Source: Arcobacteraceae bacterium
Lineage (GTDB): Bacteria; Campylobacterota; Campylobacteria; Campylobacterales; Arcobacteraceae
Assembly: GCA_965224485.1 (NCBI GenBank)
Contig: CBDCZH010000019.1
Span: 96,001 to 160,000, forward strand
DNA: 64,000 nt
Direction: 5' to 3'
Made by a program: the position numbers and the translations under genes. Positions 1-10,558 of the stretch are shown piece by piece. Positions within the stretch are counted from its first letter, which is position 1. Each line of letters begins with the position of its first letter. The notes beneath the pieces were generated by a model. That model was not told where the DNA came from and made no database searches. It saw only the letters and a program-made list of their open reading frames with translations.

Positions 1-1665
1 ATGTTTTATATTCAAATAAATTTTAGCCAAGATTTAGCTAACAAGGCAATGAGAGAACAAGTGAAAATCACTTCTTACAAAGTAGAAGAAAATATTAAAA
101 AAATAAATAGTCTTAGTAATTCTTTAATAACATCTACTCTTCCTTTTATTAAAGATATCAATGATGATGATTTTTTTAATAAAAAAGATAAGTATCTAAA
201 GATTTTTTCTAGTATTTTACAAAATAATAATAATTTATACTCTGTATATATTGGCTTTAATGATAATAGATTTTATGAAATAATTAAATTAAATTCAAAT
301 GAAAATTTAAAAAAACTTTATAATGCAAAAGAGAAAGATAGATGGTTACTTATTGAAATTAATAAAAATAAAGAAAAAACATTAAGTTTGTATAATGAAA
401 ACTTTATATTAAGCTCACAAATAAAAGAAAAATCTTCTTTTATTGTAAAACAAAGACCTTGGTATAAGAAATCAATACAAGCTTCTAAAATAACAAAAGT
501 TGGTCCTTATACTTTTTCAAATATTAAAGCTAATGGAATTACCTATTCTAAAAATATAAAAAATAATAATGTGTTTGCAGTAGATATTTTATTAACAAAC
601 TTTTCTGATATTTTAAAAAATGATCATAAATTAGAGTCATATTTATTTGATATTAATCAAAATATTATTGCAAAATATTCAAAAAATGATTTAATTTTTA
701 ATAAAATAATTAAAAGTCTAAATCTAAAAGATTTAAATAAAAACAATCAAAACATTATTTCAATAAACAAAAAAGACTATATTTATAATCTTAGTGAAAT
801 TCATGGTTATGATAAAAAAGAGTATTTATTATCTTATGTTTTATTAGATGATATGATGGAAGTATATATTAATAAATTTGCAAATATGGATAAAATACTT
901 ATTATATTATTTTTAATTTTTATTCCAATTCTATGGTATTTTGCATCAATTATAGTAAAACCTATTTTACTCTTAGTAAAAGAGAGTAAAAAAGTTCAAA
1001 ATAGGCAGTTTGATAAAATTCTTCCAATTAATAGTGTAGTTAATGAAGTTAGTTTATTATCAACGTCTATTGCAAGTATGGCAAACTCTATTCATGAGTA
1101 TCAAAGTGAATTAGAACAAAAAGTTATAATGAGAACAGAAGAGTTAGAGCTTAAAAACAAAGAATTAGAGATATTATCAATTACAGATAAACTTACAAAT
1201 ACTTATAATAGAATCAAACTAGATAGTACAATTGAAGAAAGAATGAAAGAATCAAATGAAAATAACGGTGCTTTTTGTATAATTATTATTGACATTGATT
1301 ATTTTAAAAAAGTAAATGATACTTATGGTCATTTAGTTGGAGATGTTACTCTAGTTGAATTTACTAAAATTTTAAAAAACAATCTAGAAGATGACAATAT
1401 TCTTGGAAGATGGGGAGGAGAAGAGTTTATTATAGTTTCTTCTTTCAATCTTAAAGAAACAATTATTTTAGCAAATAAATTAAGAGTAAAGATACAAGAA
1501 CATGATTTTCCTACAATTGGAAATAAAACAGCAAGTTTTGGAGTATCTATATATAAGAAAAATGAAACAGCTGAAGAGTTAATAAATAGAGCAGACGAAG
1601 CTTTATATATTGCAAAAGAAAAGGGAAGAAATAGAGTTGAAACAATAGAGAAAGAGATAGTTTAA
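1..1665 (+). CDS. Sensor diguanylate cyclase (Cache-like periplasmic domain, TM, HAMP, GGDEF); N-terminus may extend before the window
   Basis: RPWY Cache motif, TM, then TDKLT...DIDYFK...RWGGEEF; no RxxD I-site before GGEEF. Confidence 0.9.
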   Translation: MFYIQINFSQDLANKAMREQVKITSYKVEENIKKINSLSNSLITSTLPFIKDINDDDFFNKKDKYLKIFSSILQNNNNLYSVYIGFNDNRFYEIIKLNSNENLKKLYNAKEKDRWLLIEINKNKEKTLSLYNENFILSSQIKEKSSFIVKQRPWYKKSIQASKITKVGPYTFSNIKANGITYSKNIKNNNVFAVDILLTNFSDILKNDHKLESYLFDINQNIIAKYSKNDLIFNKIIKSLNLKDLNKNNQNIISINKKDYIYNLSEIHGYDKKEYLLSYVLLDDMMEVYINKFANMDKILIILFLIFIPILWYFASIIVKPILLLVKESKKVQNRQFDKILPINSVVNEVSLLSTSIASMANSIHEYQSELEQKVIMRTEELELKNKELEILSITDKLTNTYNRIKLDSTIEERMKESNENNGAFCIIIIDIDYFKKVNDTYGHLVGDVTLVEFTKILKNNLEDDNILGRWGGEEFIIVSSFNLKETIILANKLRVKIQEHDFPTIGNKTASFGVSIYKKNETAEELINRADEALYIAKEKGRNRVETIEKEIV

Positions 1666-1689
1666 ATATTCAAAAAAATAGATTACGAA

Positions 1690-1721
1690 TAAGTCCTAAG
1701 AATAAAAATTCTTAGGACTTA
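1690..1721. terminator. Bidirectional terminator hairpin
   Basis: Perfect 14-bp inverted repeat taagtcctaagaat/attcttaggactta between convergent genes. Confidence 0.75.
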
Positions 1722-1723
1722 AA

Positions 1724-2935
1724 CTATTTTTGATCACAAATTGCTGTAAAAATAACATCAGTTGATGAATTTAAAGCCGTTTCAAGCGAATCTTGAACAA
1801 CACCAATTATAAACCCAATTGCAACAACTTGCATAGCCACATCATTTGAAATACCAAATAAACTACAAGCTAAAGGTATTAATAATAATGATCCTCCCGC
1901 AACACCAGAAGCCCCACAAGCAGCAAGTGCAGAAATAATACTTAATAACAAAGCAGTTCCAATATCAACTTGAATTCCTAAAGTATTTACAGTTGCTAGT
2001 GTTAAAACTGTAATAGTAACAGCAGCCCCCGCCATATTTGTAGTAGCTCCTAAAGGAATTGAAACAGAATAAGTATCTTCATGAAGTCCTAACTTTTTAC
2101 AAAGGTTCATATTAACAGGAATATTTGCAGCTGATGATCTTGTAAAAAATGCAGTTATCCCACTCTCTTTAATACAAGTAAAAACTAGTGGAAAAGGATT
2201 TTTTCTTATTTTTATATAAACAATAATAGGATTTATTACAAAAGCAATAAATAACATTGTTCCAACTAAAACAACTAAAAGCTTACTGTAAGATAATAAA
2301 GAATCAAAACCAGTTTGCGCAAATGTACTTGCAACTAAACCAAAAATACCAAAAGGAGCAAGTCTTATTATAAACTTAACAATTTTAGTAATACCATTTG
2401 AAACATCAAAGAAAACATTTTTTGTCTCTTTTGAACTATAATGCATAGCAATTCCAATAGCAATAGCCCAAACTAAAATACCAATAAAGTTACCTGTTAC
2501 TAAAGCATTCACTGGATTATCAACCATTTTAAATAAAACATCTCTTAAAACATCAACAACAGATTCAGGGGGAGTTAAATTAGCAGTAGCACTAGCAGCA
2601 TCCATTAAAACTAAAGAAACTGGAAAAATTGTACTTACAACAACAGCAGTTAAAGCAGCTAAAAATGTTCCTATTAAATATAGTTTAATAATAGGTTTTA
2701 TATTTGTTTGTGCTCCAATTTCTTTAGTAGCAATTGCAGTTGCAACTAAAACAAATACTAAAATGGGAGCAATAGCTTTTAAAGCTCCAACAAAAAGTGT
2801 TCCTAGGATTGAAACAGCTTCCGCCGCTTCTTTTGAAATACTTGCAACTAAAACTCCAAGTACTATTCCTGTAAAAATCTGAATAATTAAATTTCCATTT
2901 AAAAATTTAGAAAACAAAGTAGAATTTTCTTTCAT
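1724..2935 (-). CDS. sstT: Serine/threonine transporter SstT (DAACS family)
   Basis: [44 protein letters not shown] motifs. Confidence 0.93.
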   Translation of the reverse strand: MKENSTLFSKFLNGNLIIQIFTGIVLGVLVASISKEAAEAVSILGTLFVGALKAIAPILVFVLVATAIATKEIGAQTNIKPIIKLYLIGTFLAALTAVVVSTIFPVSLVLMDAASATANLTPPESVVDVLRDVLFKMVDNPVNALVTGNFIGILVWAIAIGIAMHYSSKETKNVFFDVSNGITKIVKFIIRLAPFGIFGLVASTFAQTGFDSLLSYSKLLVVLVGTMLFIAFVINPIIVYIKIRKNPFPLVFTCIKESGITAFFTRSSAANIPVNMNLCKKLGLHEDTYSVSIPLGATTNMAGAAVTITVLTLATVNTLGIQVDIGTALLLSIISALAACGASGVAGGSLLLIPLACSLFGISNDVAMQVVAIGFIIGVVQDSLETALNSSTDVIFTAICDQK

Positions 2936-3191
2936 ATTTTTCCTATACTATTTAAAATTTATTTAAATTTTAAAGCAACTCTTGTTAAACTTAAGAGTAT
3001 TTAATTTAAACGCATGATTTTATCAAAATTAATATATAAAAAAACTAAGATGAAGGAAAAAAAGTTTTTTTTCTATTCCTGAGTAATTTTATATGGATTA
3101 TATCTCTGATGCTTTATAAAAAAAATTGATTAATCTTATAAGTTTTAATTAATTCTTTTTTTAGTAGTATTTCGGAAATTAAAGGACATAA

Positions 3192-3968
3192 ATGAAAAAA
3201 CTATCACTTATATTACTTCTATTATTATCAGTATTCTTTACAGCTTGTTTTGATAATAAAGAAAGTAAAGTAAAAGAATCAAGTATATTAAAAATTGGAA
3301 CATCTGGAGCTTATTATCCTTTTACTTTCTATGAAAATGATAAATTACAAGGTTTTGAAATTGATGTATGGAATGAAATAGGTAAAAAACTATCTATGGA
3401 AATTGAATTTAAGACTTCAAAATTTTCTGGTTTATTTGGAATGTTAGAAACAAAAAAGATTAATACTATCTCAAATCAAGTAACAATGACAAAACAAAGA
3501 TTAGAAAAATATTATTTTACTGAAGCTTATGTATTTGATGGTGCTCAAATAGTTGTGCATAAAGATACAAATAATATTTCATCTTTAGAAGATTTAAAAG
3601 GCAAGAAAGTTGGAGTATCTTTAGGAACTAATTATGCAAAAATTGTAAAAAAGTTTGATACAGATGAAAAAATAGAGATAATCACTTATGATGGTGGTGG
3701 TTTTGAACAAGATGTAGTACTAAAAAGAATTGATGCTTTTGTACAAGATAGAGTATCTTCTGTTGAATTAATTAAAAAAGCAAATTTACCATTAAAACTT
3801 GTAGGAGAACCTATTGTAGTAATTAAAAATTCTTTTCCTTTTTTAAAAAATGAAGAAAATAAGAAATTAATAAGTAAAATTAACTCAGCACTTCTTTCTT
3901 TAAAAAAAGAAGGTATCTTAAAAAACATTTCTATGAAATGGTTTAATACAGATATTACAATAAAATAA
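3192..3968 (+). CDS. Polar amino acid (cystine-type) ABC transporter substrate-binding lipoprotein
   Basis: Lipobox FTAC, GTSGAYYPF, GFEIDV. Confidence 0.88.
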   Translation: MKKLSLILLLLLSVFFTACFDNKESKVKESSILKIGTSGAYYPFTFYENDKLQGFEIDVWNEIGKKLSMEIEFKTSKFSGLFGMLETKKINTISNQVTMTKQRLEKYYFTEAYVFDGAQIVVHKDTNNISSLEDLKGKKVGVSLGTNYAKIVKKFDTDEKIEIITYDGGGFEQDVVLKRIDAFVQDRVSSVELIKKANLPLKLVGEPIVVIKNSFPFLKNEENKKLISKINSALLSLKKEGILKNISMKWFNTDITIK

Positions 3969-4637
3969 ATGTCTACTTTTGATATAGATTATACCTTAGG
4001 ACTTTTTCCTATTTTATTAAAATATATACATATTACACTAAGCTTGGCTGTTATTGCAACAGCCATAGCCTTACTTATTGCTATAATAATAGCTGTGATT
4101 AAAACATATAATATAAGAATATTATCTCAAATATCTGATTTATACGTTTCTTTTTTACGAGGAACTCCACTTTTAGTACAACTATTTTTATTATATTTTG
4201 GACTACCTCAAGTATTTCCAATTTTTGCTTCTATGGATGCTTATACCGCTAGTTTAATTGGTTTAGCCTTACATTTTTCAGCCTATATGGCAGAATCACT
4301 AAGAGGGGCTATTAAAAGTATTGAAACAGGACAGTTTGAAGCTGCTTATTCTTTAGGTATGAATAAAACACAAACATTCTTTTATGTTATTTTTCCTCAA
4401 GCCTTTAGAGTTGCAACTCCTAGTTTGATGAATAATTTTATTGATTTATTAAAAAGTACTTCTCTAGCTTTTACCCTAGGTGTTCCAGAGATTATGGCAA
4501 AAGCACAAGTAGAAGCATCAAGTTCTTTTAAATATTTTGAATCATTTTTAGCAGTAGCTTTAGTATATTGGGTACTCGTATTGAGTTTTACATTTTTACA
4601 AAAAAAACTAGAAAAAAAATTAAATAAAGCCTATTAA
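3969..4637 (+). CDS. Polar amino acid ABC transporter permease (no adjacent ATPase gene)
   Basis: RGTPLLVQL and EAA motif GQFEAAYSLGM. Confidence 0.9.
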   Translation: MSTFDIDYTLGLFPILLKYIHITLSLAVIATAIALLIAIIIAVIKTYNIRILSQISDLYVSFLRGTPLLVQLFLLYFGLPQVFPIFASMDAYTASLIGLALHFSAYMAESLRGAIKSIETGQFEAAYSLGMNKTQTFFYVIFPQAFRVATPSLMNNFIDLLKSTSLAFTLGVPEIMAKAQVEASSSFKYFESFLAVALVYWVLVLSFTFLQKKLEKKLNKAY

Positions 4638-4669
4638 TTGAATGGGCGTAATTTTATAATTTCAATTAG

Positions 4670-4897
4670 CTATCTTATATTTTTAATTATTTCACTTATT
4701 TCATTTTTATTGGGAAAACGTAAAAGTTCTGCTTTCGTAAAAATTTCTTTTTTGTTTAAAAAAACTTTAAAAATTCCATTTGAACCTTTAATAAGTTCAA
4801 TTTTTATATCTTCAAAATCACCTTTTAATTCTTCTTCTAACCTAGAAGCTTCTGGTAAATAGTTTCAAACACCACAATAATATATTTGTATATTCAT
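4670..4897 (-). CDS. SelW/SelT/SelH (Rdx family) selenoprotein, 75 aa, UGA=Sec at codon 11; missing from the ORF track
   Basis: Reads MNIQIYYCGV(TGA)NYLPEASRLEEELKGDFEDIKIELIKGSNGIFKVFLNKKEIFTKAELLRFPNKNEISEIIKNIR; CxxU, G-x-F-x-V and RFP Rdx motifs; AAGGA RBS; TGA at 4867-4865. Confidence 0.9.
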
Positions 4898-4898
4898 T

Positions 4899-5306
4899 CT
4901 AATCCTTAGTTTTTTTTAAAAATTCACTTACTAGTTCTTTTATTTTTATTATATCACTTTTAGAAATCATAAAATGTGCATCAAGAGAAGAAGTGGATAA
5001 ATCACCCAATACAATATGGTCATCTTTATTTTTAAAAAGTTTAATTTTAGAACCAGATATTCCCCCAATTGATATTTTTAAAGAAGTAGAAGGAAGTTTT
5101 TTTAAGTACCTAGAACCACGAGAAAAACCTATATAAACCCTAGCATCAGGAATTTTATTTCCTTCTAAGTTTTTATGTTCAGATTCAATTATTTCATAAT
5201 CATATATTTTAATAAGATTTAAAATACAAAGATTCATTTTTTCATGCTGTTGTGCAGTTCCTGAATTAGGATTACCTTTAATATAAACAATATCATAACA
5301 AGTCAT
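4899..5306 (-). CDS. Hypothetical protein with GxSxG motif (small alpha/beta-hydrolase-like)
   Basis: YIGFSRG plus C-terminal D/H; its 3' end carries the RBS of the selenoprotein gene. Confidence 0.6.
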   Translation of the reverse strand: MTCYDIVYIKGNPNSGTAQQHEKMNLCILNLIKIYDYEIIESEHKNLEGNKIPDARVYIGFSRGSRYLKKLPSTSLKISIGGISGSKIKLFKNKDDHIVLGDLSTSSLDAHFMISKSDIIKIKELVSEFLKKTKD

Positions 5307-5509
5307 ATAAACTCTCTTTTAGTAAATTATTAAAATAATTATAGAAAATAATATAATAAAGAATGCTTAAATACTTATATTATTAAGCATAATTTTATAA
5401 TAAATCAACTAAACTTCAAATAAAATTTAGGCTTAAGGTTTAAGCTGAACATAAGATGATTCCATCCTTCCTTATGCTTCATAATAAAATTATTATAGGA
5501 GTGTTTTTC

Positions 5510-6328
5510 ATGAAAAAACTATTATTTACAACATTATTTACTGTCTTAAGTCTAGGTGCCCAAGCAAACTCATTAGATCTATTTTCTAATATTAAAGGTG
5601 AATTAAACATCGCTGGGGGAACTGCTCATATTAAATGTGAGAAAGAAGCTATAAAAAATATAATGAGAAAATATCCTGATATTTCTATAAGTATAGCAGG
5701 TGGTGGAAGTGGTCTTGGAATTAAACAAGTTAGCTCAAAACTAATACATTTAGCAAACTCAGGAAGAAAACCAAGTAAACAAGAAATTAAAAAAGGTAAT
5801 TTAAAATTATATAGATTTGCTGTTGATGGTATTGGAATTATTGTTAATGCAAAAAGTCCATTAACTAATCTTAATACAAAACAACTTCAAGATATTTTTT
5901 CTGCAAAGATTAATAATTTCAAAGATTTAGGATTTAAAAATAATCCAATTAATTTATATACAAGAGATGAATCAAGTGCAACCAGAAAAGTATTTTGGAA
6001 AAAAGCTTTAAAAAAATCACTTATTTCAAAAACAGCTAGAGTTGTTTCATCAAATGCTGCAATGAAAACTGCAATTGCTAATGATATCAATGCTATTGGA
6101 ATTATTTCTTTAGGCTTATTAAGCAAAGAAGTTAAAGCCTTAAGTATTAATAATATTTCACCAAGTTTAGAAAATATTAATAACTTTTCTTATCAAGTTG
6201 CAAGAGGACTTTATTTACTAAGTAATGATGAGCCAAAACCTTTAGCTAAAGCTTTTATTTCATATATGAGAAGTAAAGAAGGTGCCAAAATAGTTCAAAA
6301 ACACGGATTTATTGCTGTAAATGAATAA
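5510..6328 (+). CDS. pstS: PstS-family phosphate/oxyanion ABC substrate-binding protein (start moved to ATG 5510)
   Basis: TAGGAG RBS, signal peptide, GGGSGLGI, FAVDGI, TRDESSAT. Confidence 0.75.
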   Translation: MKKLLFTTLFTVLSLGAQANSLDLFSNIKGELNIAGGTAHIKCEKEAIKNIMRKYPDISISIAGGGSGLGIKQVSSKLIHLANSGRKPSKQEIKKGNLKLYRFAVDGIGIIVNAKSPLTNLNTKQLQDIFSAKINNFKDLGFKNNPINLYTRDESSATRKVFWKKALKKSLISKTARVVSSNAAMKTAIANDINAIGIISLGLLSKEVKALSINNISPSLENINNFSYQVARGLYLLSNDEPKPLAKAFISYMRSKEGAKIVQKHGFIAVNE

Positions 6329-7163
6329 ACTCTTTTCTATAGTACTACTAATTATTACTTTTATTTGTAGTACTATGGTATTGTTTTTATTTTCTTATTT
6401 AACTTATTTATGTTTTGATTTATTTAATATAGAAGAGATAAAAGGTTTTTTTACCTTATCTTGGTATGTTCAAGAAAATGAATATGGAATACTTACAATG
6501 TTATTTTCATCACTACTTATAAGTTTTTTAGCCTTAGTTTTAGGTTTTCTTTTCTCTTTTAGCCTTGCTGGTATAATATTTTTAAGTAATAATAAAATTA
6601 TAAAGTTTTTTTTAGAAAAAAGTGTTTTATTAATGGCCGCAGTTCCAACTGTAATATATGCCTTTGCAGCTTTATTTACCCTTGTTCCTTTTATAAGCAC
6701 CAAGATTAACCCCTCTTCTACTTTAAGTATTTTAGTAGCTTTCTTAGTATTAAGTTTATTATTAGTTCCTACAATGACAGTGATTTTTTTAAATATTTTT
6801 TATTCTTTATCTAATAAATATAAAAAAACTTGTCTTAATTTAGGACTAAATAAAGATGATTTCTTCTTTAAATTTATTTTAAAAAATTCTTACAATGATT
6901 TAAGTATAGGAGTTATTTTAGCCCTTGCTAGAGCTTTAGGAGATACTATGATAGTTTTAATGCTTGCAGGAAATGCTTTAAGTTTTCCTACTTCAGTATT
7001 TGATTCAGCAAGAAGTTTAACCTCCCATATAGCTTTGATTTTTGCAAATGATTATGATTCTCTTGCTTTTAAAGCTATATTCTTTTGTGCATTTTTACTT
7101 ATAAGCTCAAACTTTATACTTATATTTATCATTAAATATATAAAAAGAAAAAAATATGAATAA
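6321..7163 (+). CDS. pstC: PstC-family ABC permease
   Basis: LARALGDTMIVLMLAGN motif; operon position. Confidence 0.8.
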   Translation: MNKLFSIVLLIITFICSTMVLFLFSYLTYLCFDLFNIEEIKGFFTLSWYVQENEYGILTMLFSSLLISFLALVLGFLFSFSLAGIIFLSNNKIIKFFLEKSVLLMAAVPTVIYAFAALFTLVPFISTKINPSSTLSILVAFLVLSLLLVPTMTVIFLNIFYSLSNKYKKTCLNLGLNKDDFFFKFILKNSYNDLSIGVILALARALGDTMIVLMLAGNALSFPTSVFDSARSLTSHIALIFANDYDSLAFKAIFFCAFLLISSNFILIFIIKYIKRKKYE

Positions 7164-8025
7164 AACATATATATTTTATAAAATAGTATTTGCAGTTTTT
7201 GCTTTCTTATGTATGTTTTTAGTATATCTTCTCTTAGGTTTTGTTCTTTATAGAGGGTTTGGCTCTATTTCTTTAGATCTTATTTTCTCAGATACAAATA
7301 TTATAGATGCTCTGTTATTTAAACAAAGAGTTTTTGATGGACTTTTTCCTGCAATAATTGGTACCTTGATGTTAATTAGTCTTTCTTTGTTTTTTGCCTT
7401 AATTCTAGGTTTTGCGGCTGGAATATACTTAAGTATTTATGCCCAAGGTTTTATAAAAGATTTTTTAAACAGCTGTTTTGAGTTATTAGCTAGTGTACCT
7501 TCTATCTTAATTGGTTTATTTTTTTTATTAGTAAGTATATATTTACATAATACTTATTTTGAAAACTTTTTACCTTCTTTGCTCTTATCTAGTTTAGCTC
7601 TAGCTTTATTAATACTTCCATATATTATAAAAAATACACAATATTCACTTGACCAAATTCCTTCAAAAATAAGAAATACTGCTTTGCATTTAGGACTTAG
7701 TCAAGTGCAAAATCTTTTTCATGTTCTTTTACCCTATGCAAGTAAAGAGCTTTTAAGTGGTGTGTTTTTAGCCCTAGGAAGAGCTTGTGAAGATACAGCT
7801 GTTATTATGTTAACAGGAGCAGTTGCTAGTGCTGGAATTGCTAATAGTATATTCTCAAAATATGAAGCCTTACCTTTTTATATTTATTATGTTTCAAGTA
7901 CTTATAGCGATGAAAAAGAGTTAAATTCAGCTTTTGCAGCTTCCTTGATATTATTACTAATTGCTATTTCCTTATTTATAATAAGTAAATTTATACAAAA
8001 AAGAATCAGGAGTACTTATGTTTAA
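7156..8025 (+). CDS. pstA: PstA-family ABC permease
   Basis: PAIIGT, LASVPSILIGLF, GRACEDTA motifs. Confidence 0.8.
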   Translation: MNKTYIFYKIVFAVFAFLCMFLVYLLLGFVLYRGFGSISLDLIFSDTNIIDALLFKQRVFDGLFPAIIGTLMLISLSLFFALILGFAAGIYLSIYAQGFIKDFLNSCFELLASVPSILIGLFFLLVSIYLHNTYFENFLPSLLLSSLALALLILPYIIKNTQYSLDQIPSKIRNTALHLGLSQVQNLFHVLLPYASKELLSGVFLALGRACEDTAVIMLTGAVASAGIANSIFSKYEALPFYIYYVSSTYSDEKELNSAFAASLILLLIAISLFIISKFIQKRIRSTYV

Positions 8026-8674
8026 AATTAAAAACTTATCTTTAGGTTTCAAAGATAAAAACATCTTTAAAAATATTAATATGCATATAAAAGAAAATGA
8101 AATAAGTGCAATAATTGGACCAAGTGGTATTGGCAAAAGTTCTTTTTTACTTTGTTTAAACCAAATGATTAGATATGAAAAAACATATGATTTAAGTGGT
8201 GAGATTTTATATAAACATAATAATACTTATATAAACTTATTACAATTAAGTGAAAATGATTTAAGCTTTTATAGAAAACAGATAGTTTATGTTTCTCAAA
8301 ATCCTGATCTTTTACCTATGAGTATTTATAATAATTTACTTTTTATTGCAAAAATACATAAAATTAAAGATTACGAAAAGAAAATAATTTCTTCATTAAA
8401 ACAAGTATATTTATATGAAGAAATTAAACATCGACTAGATATAAGTGCAACTAGTCTCTCAGGAGGACAACAACAACGTTTAATTCTAGCACGTGCCTTA
8501 TTACTAAATCCAAAAGTTCTTCTATTAGATGAACCAACAGCTTCACTAAATGAAGACTTAGGTTTAAAAATTGACTCTATGTTAAAGAATGAAAATAAAA
8601 CAATAGTTATTATTTCTCACTTTAAAAAGCAAATTAAAAACTTAAGTACTAATATCTTTAAGTTGAATACTTAG
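8018..8674 (+). CDS. pstB: PstB-like ABC ATPase
   Basis: GPSGIGKS, LSGGQQQRL, LLLDEPT. Confidence 0.78.
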   Translation: MFKIKNLSLGFKDKNIFKNINMHIKENEISAIIGPSGIGKSSFLLCLNQMIRYEKTYDLSGEILYKHNNTYINLLQLSENDLSFYRKQIVYVSQNPDLLPMSIYNNLLFIAKIHKIKDYEKKIISSLKQVYLYEEIKHRLDISATSLSGGQQQRLILARALLLNPKVLLLDEPTASLNEDLGLKIDSMLKNENKTIVIISHFKKQIKNLSTNIFKLNT

Positions 8675-9188
8675 ACTTATTTGATTTTAATAGGAAGTAA
8701 ACTTAGAAAACTCAAAGCTTCAGGAAGAGAAAATATTGCATCTTTAAGATCATTACATTTAGGATCAATTAGATAGTTTTTAGCTTTTTCGAAATTTGTC
8801 TTTTTTAGATTATTATTTAAAAAAACTGTTTGTTCTAAATCACAGTTATCAAAAAGTGCTTTTTCTAAATTACACTGCTCAAATCCACTATCTTTTATTT
8901 GGCAATTAGTGAATTTCATCAAACGCAAGTCCAAAAGATGAAATGAATTTTGAGATAAATTACAAGAATCAAATCTAAGCTCAAAAGGTTCAAAACAAGA
9001 GCTCCAAGAAAGACCTAAAAGTTTAGAGTTCTTAAAAAGAACATCATTAAAAGTGCAATTTGTTAACACGCTTAAGGATAAATCACAAGATATAAAAGTG
9101 CACTCAGTAAACTTACAATTAGAAAAACTACTTTTAGTAAAATTGCATTTAATAAAAGTACAATTATCAAAATAAATAGAACTTATAT

Positions 9189-10300
9189 CCTCTTTTCACA
9201 CTTAAAGTGCAACATAGAGTAATGTAAGATGTAAGGCTGATTGATATACAATTTAAGCTCAATATCTTGCAGGATAAATGGAGCATTAAATGGAAAAGTA
9301 TAAACAATTAACCTTAGGTTTAAGGTATCAAATATTTGCTTATAAAAACGAAAATTATACACAATCTAAAATTGCAGAGTTACTAGGTGTTAATAAATCA
9401 ACCATATCAAGAGAGCTTAAAAGAAATAGTAACAATGATTACTACAGTCCTGAGGATGCTCATATAAGTGCTGTCTCTAGAGACAAGTTTAAAGATAGGT
9501 ATCACAAGATAACAAAGAAGTTAAAACTAAAGATTGGCAAGTTATTAAAAGAAGGATTATCTCCTGAGCAATTAACAGGAAGACTAAAACTACATAAAAT
9601 AGCTAATATATCTTATGAAACAGTATATAGGTATATTTATGCAAATCAAATAAGTGGTGGAAGATTATATAAATATTTAAGACATAAGAACAAAAAGTAT
9701 GGAAATAGAAGTAGTCAATATAAAACAAGAGGTCAAATAAAGAATAGAGTTAATATAAGTCAACGAGCTAAAATAATTGAGACTAAAACTAGATTTGGAG
9801 ACTTTGAAGTAGATACTATTATTGGGAAAGACCATAAAGGTGCAATTGTTACATTAGTAGATAGAAAGAGTAAGTTTACACTAATGAGGATAGTTGAATC
9901 AAAACAAGCTGGTGCAGTTACGCAAGCTATTATAGAGTTGTTATATCCAATAAGGAATTTAGTTCATACCATTACATCAGATAATGGCAAAGAGTTTTCT
10001 TATCATGAAGAAATAGCAAAAGAATTAAATATAAAGTTTTATTTTTGTGATCCTTATTCATCTTGGCAAAGAGGATTAAATGAACATACAAATGGATTGG
10101 TGAGAGAATATATTCCTAAAAAATCAAGCTTTGAGAATGTAAATAATACTCAAATACTTATAATACAAAACAGGTTAAATAATAGACCAAGAAAGATACT
10201 AAAATATTATACTCCGAATGAGATATTTTTGAAGGAAGTTTCAAGAAAGATGGTGGCATAATTTTGCCTATATTTGTTGCACTTTAGAGTTGAATTGGCG
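9189..10300 (+). mobile_element. IS30-family element, copy 1 (1112 bp)
   Basis: 26-bp imperfect terminal IRs sharing TAAAGTGCAACA; 3-bp TSD TAT (9186-9188/10301-10303). Confidence 0.95.
9290..10261 (+). CDS. IS30-family transposase
   Basis: HTH STISRELKRN; DDE in FEVDTI, TSDNGKEF, QRGLNEHTNG. Confidence 0.95.
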   Translation: MEKYKQLTLGLRYQIFAYKNENYTQSKIAELLGVNKSTISRELKRNSNNDYYSPEDAHISAVSRDKFKDRYHKITKKLKLKIGKLLKEGLSPEQLTGRLKLHKIANISYETVYRYIYANQISGGRLYKYLRHKNKKYGNRSSQYKTRGQIKNRVNISQRAKIIETKTRFGDFEVDTIIGKDHKGAIVTLVDRKSKFTLMRIVESKQAGAVTQAIIELLYPIRNLVHTITSDNGKEFSYHEEIAKELNIKFYFCDPYSSWQRGLNEHTNGLVREYIPKKSSFENVNNTQILIIQNRLNNRPRKILKYYTPNEIFLKEVSRKMVA

Positions 10301-10558
10301 TATTTTTATCATCATATTCGAAGAATTCTTCTTCCCAGTAATCATTATTCTTAAACATAAAACTCTTTTTATTTTGATTTTATCATATAAAATAAAAATA
10401 AAGTAAATAATACTCATTTATTATAAATAATAAATGTTATATTAATTTAAAGATAAGAAAAATTAAATATATAATTTAAACTTTACAAAAAAGATGTGAT
10501 AAAGAACTATTCGTTATTATATGCAAAATTATTAATATAAAATTATTTTAGGAAAATT

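Larger units (their letters stand above)
8677..10358 (-). pseudogene. Pentapeptide-repeat protein (188 aa when rejoined) split by an IS30-family element
   Basis: 10358-10301 joins in frame to 9185-8677: MFKNNDYWEEEFFEYDDKNISSIYFDNCTFIKCNFTKSSFSNCKF... Confidence 0.9.

Noticed and set aside
4638..4862. 74-aa plus-strand ORF in the track
   Set aside because: Antisense shadow of the selenoprotein gene.
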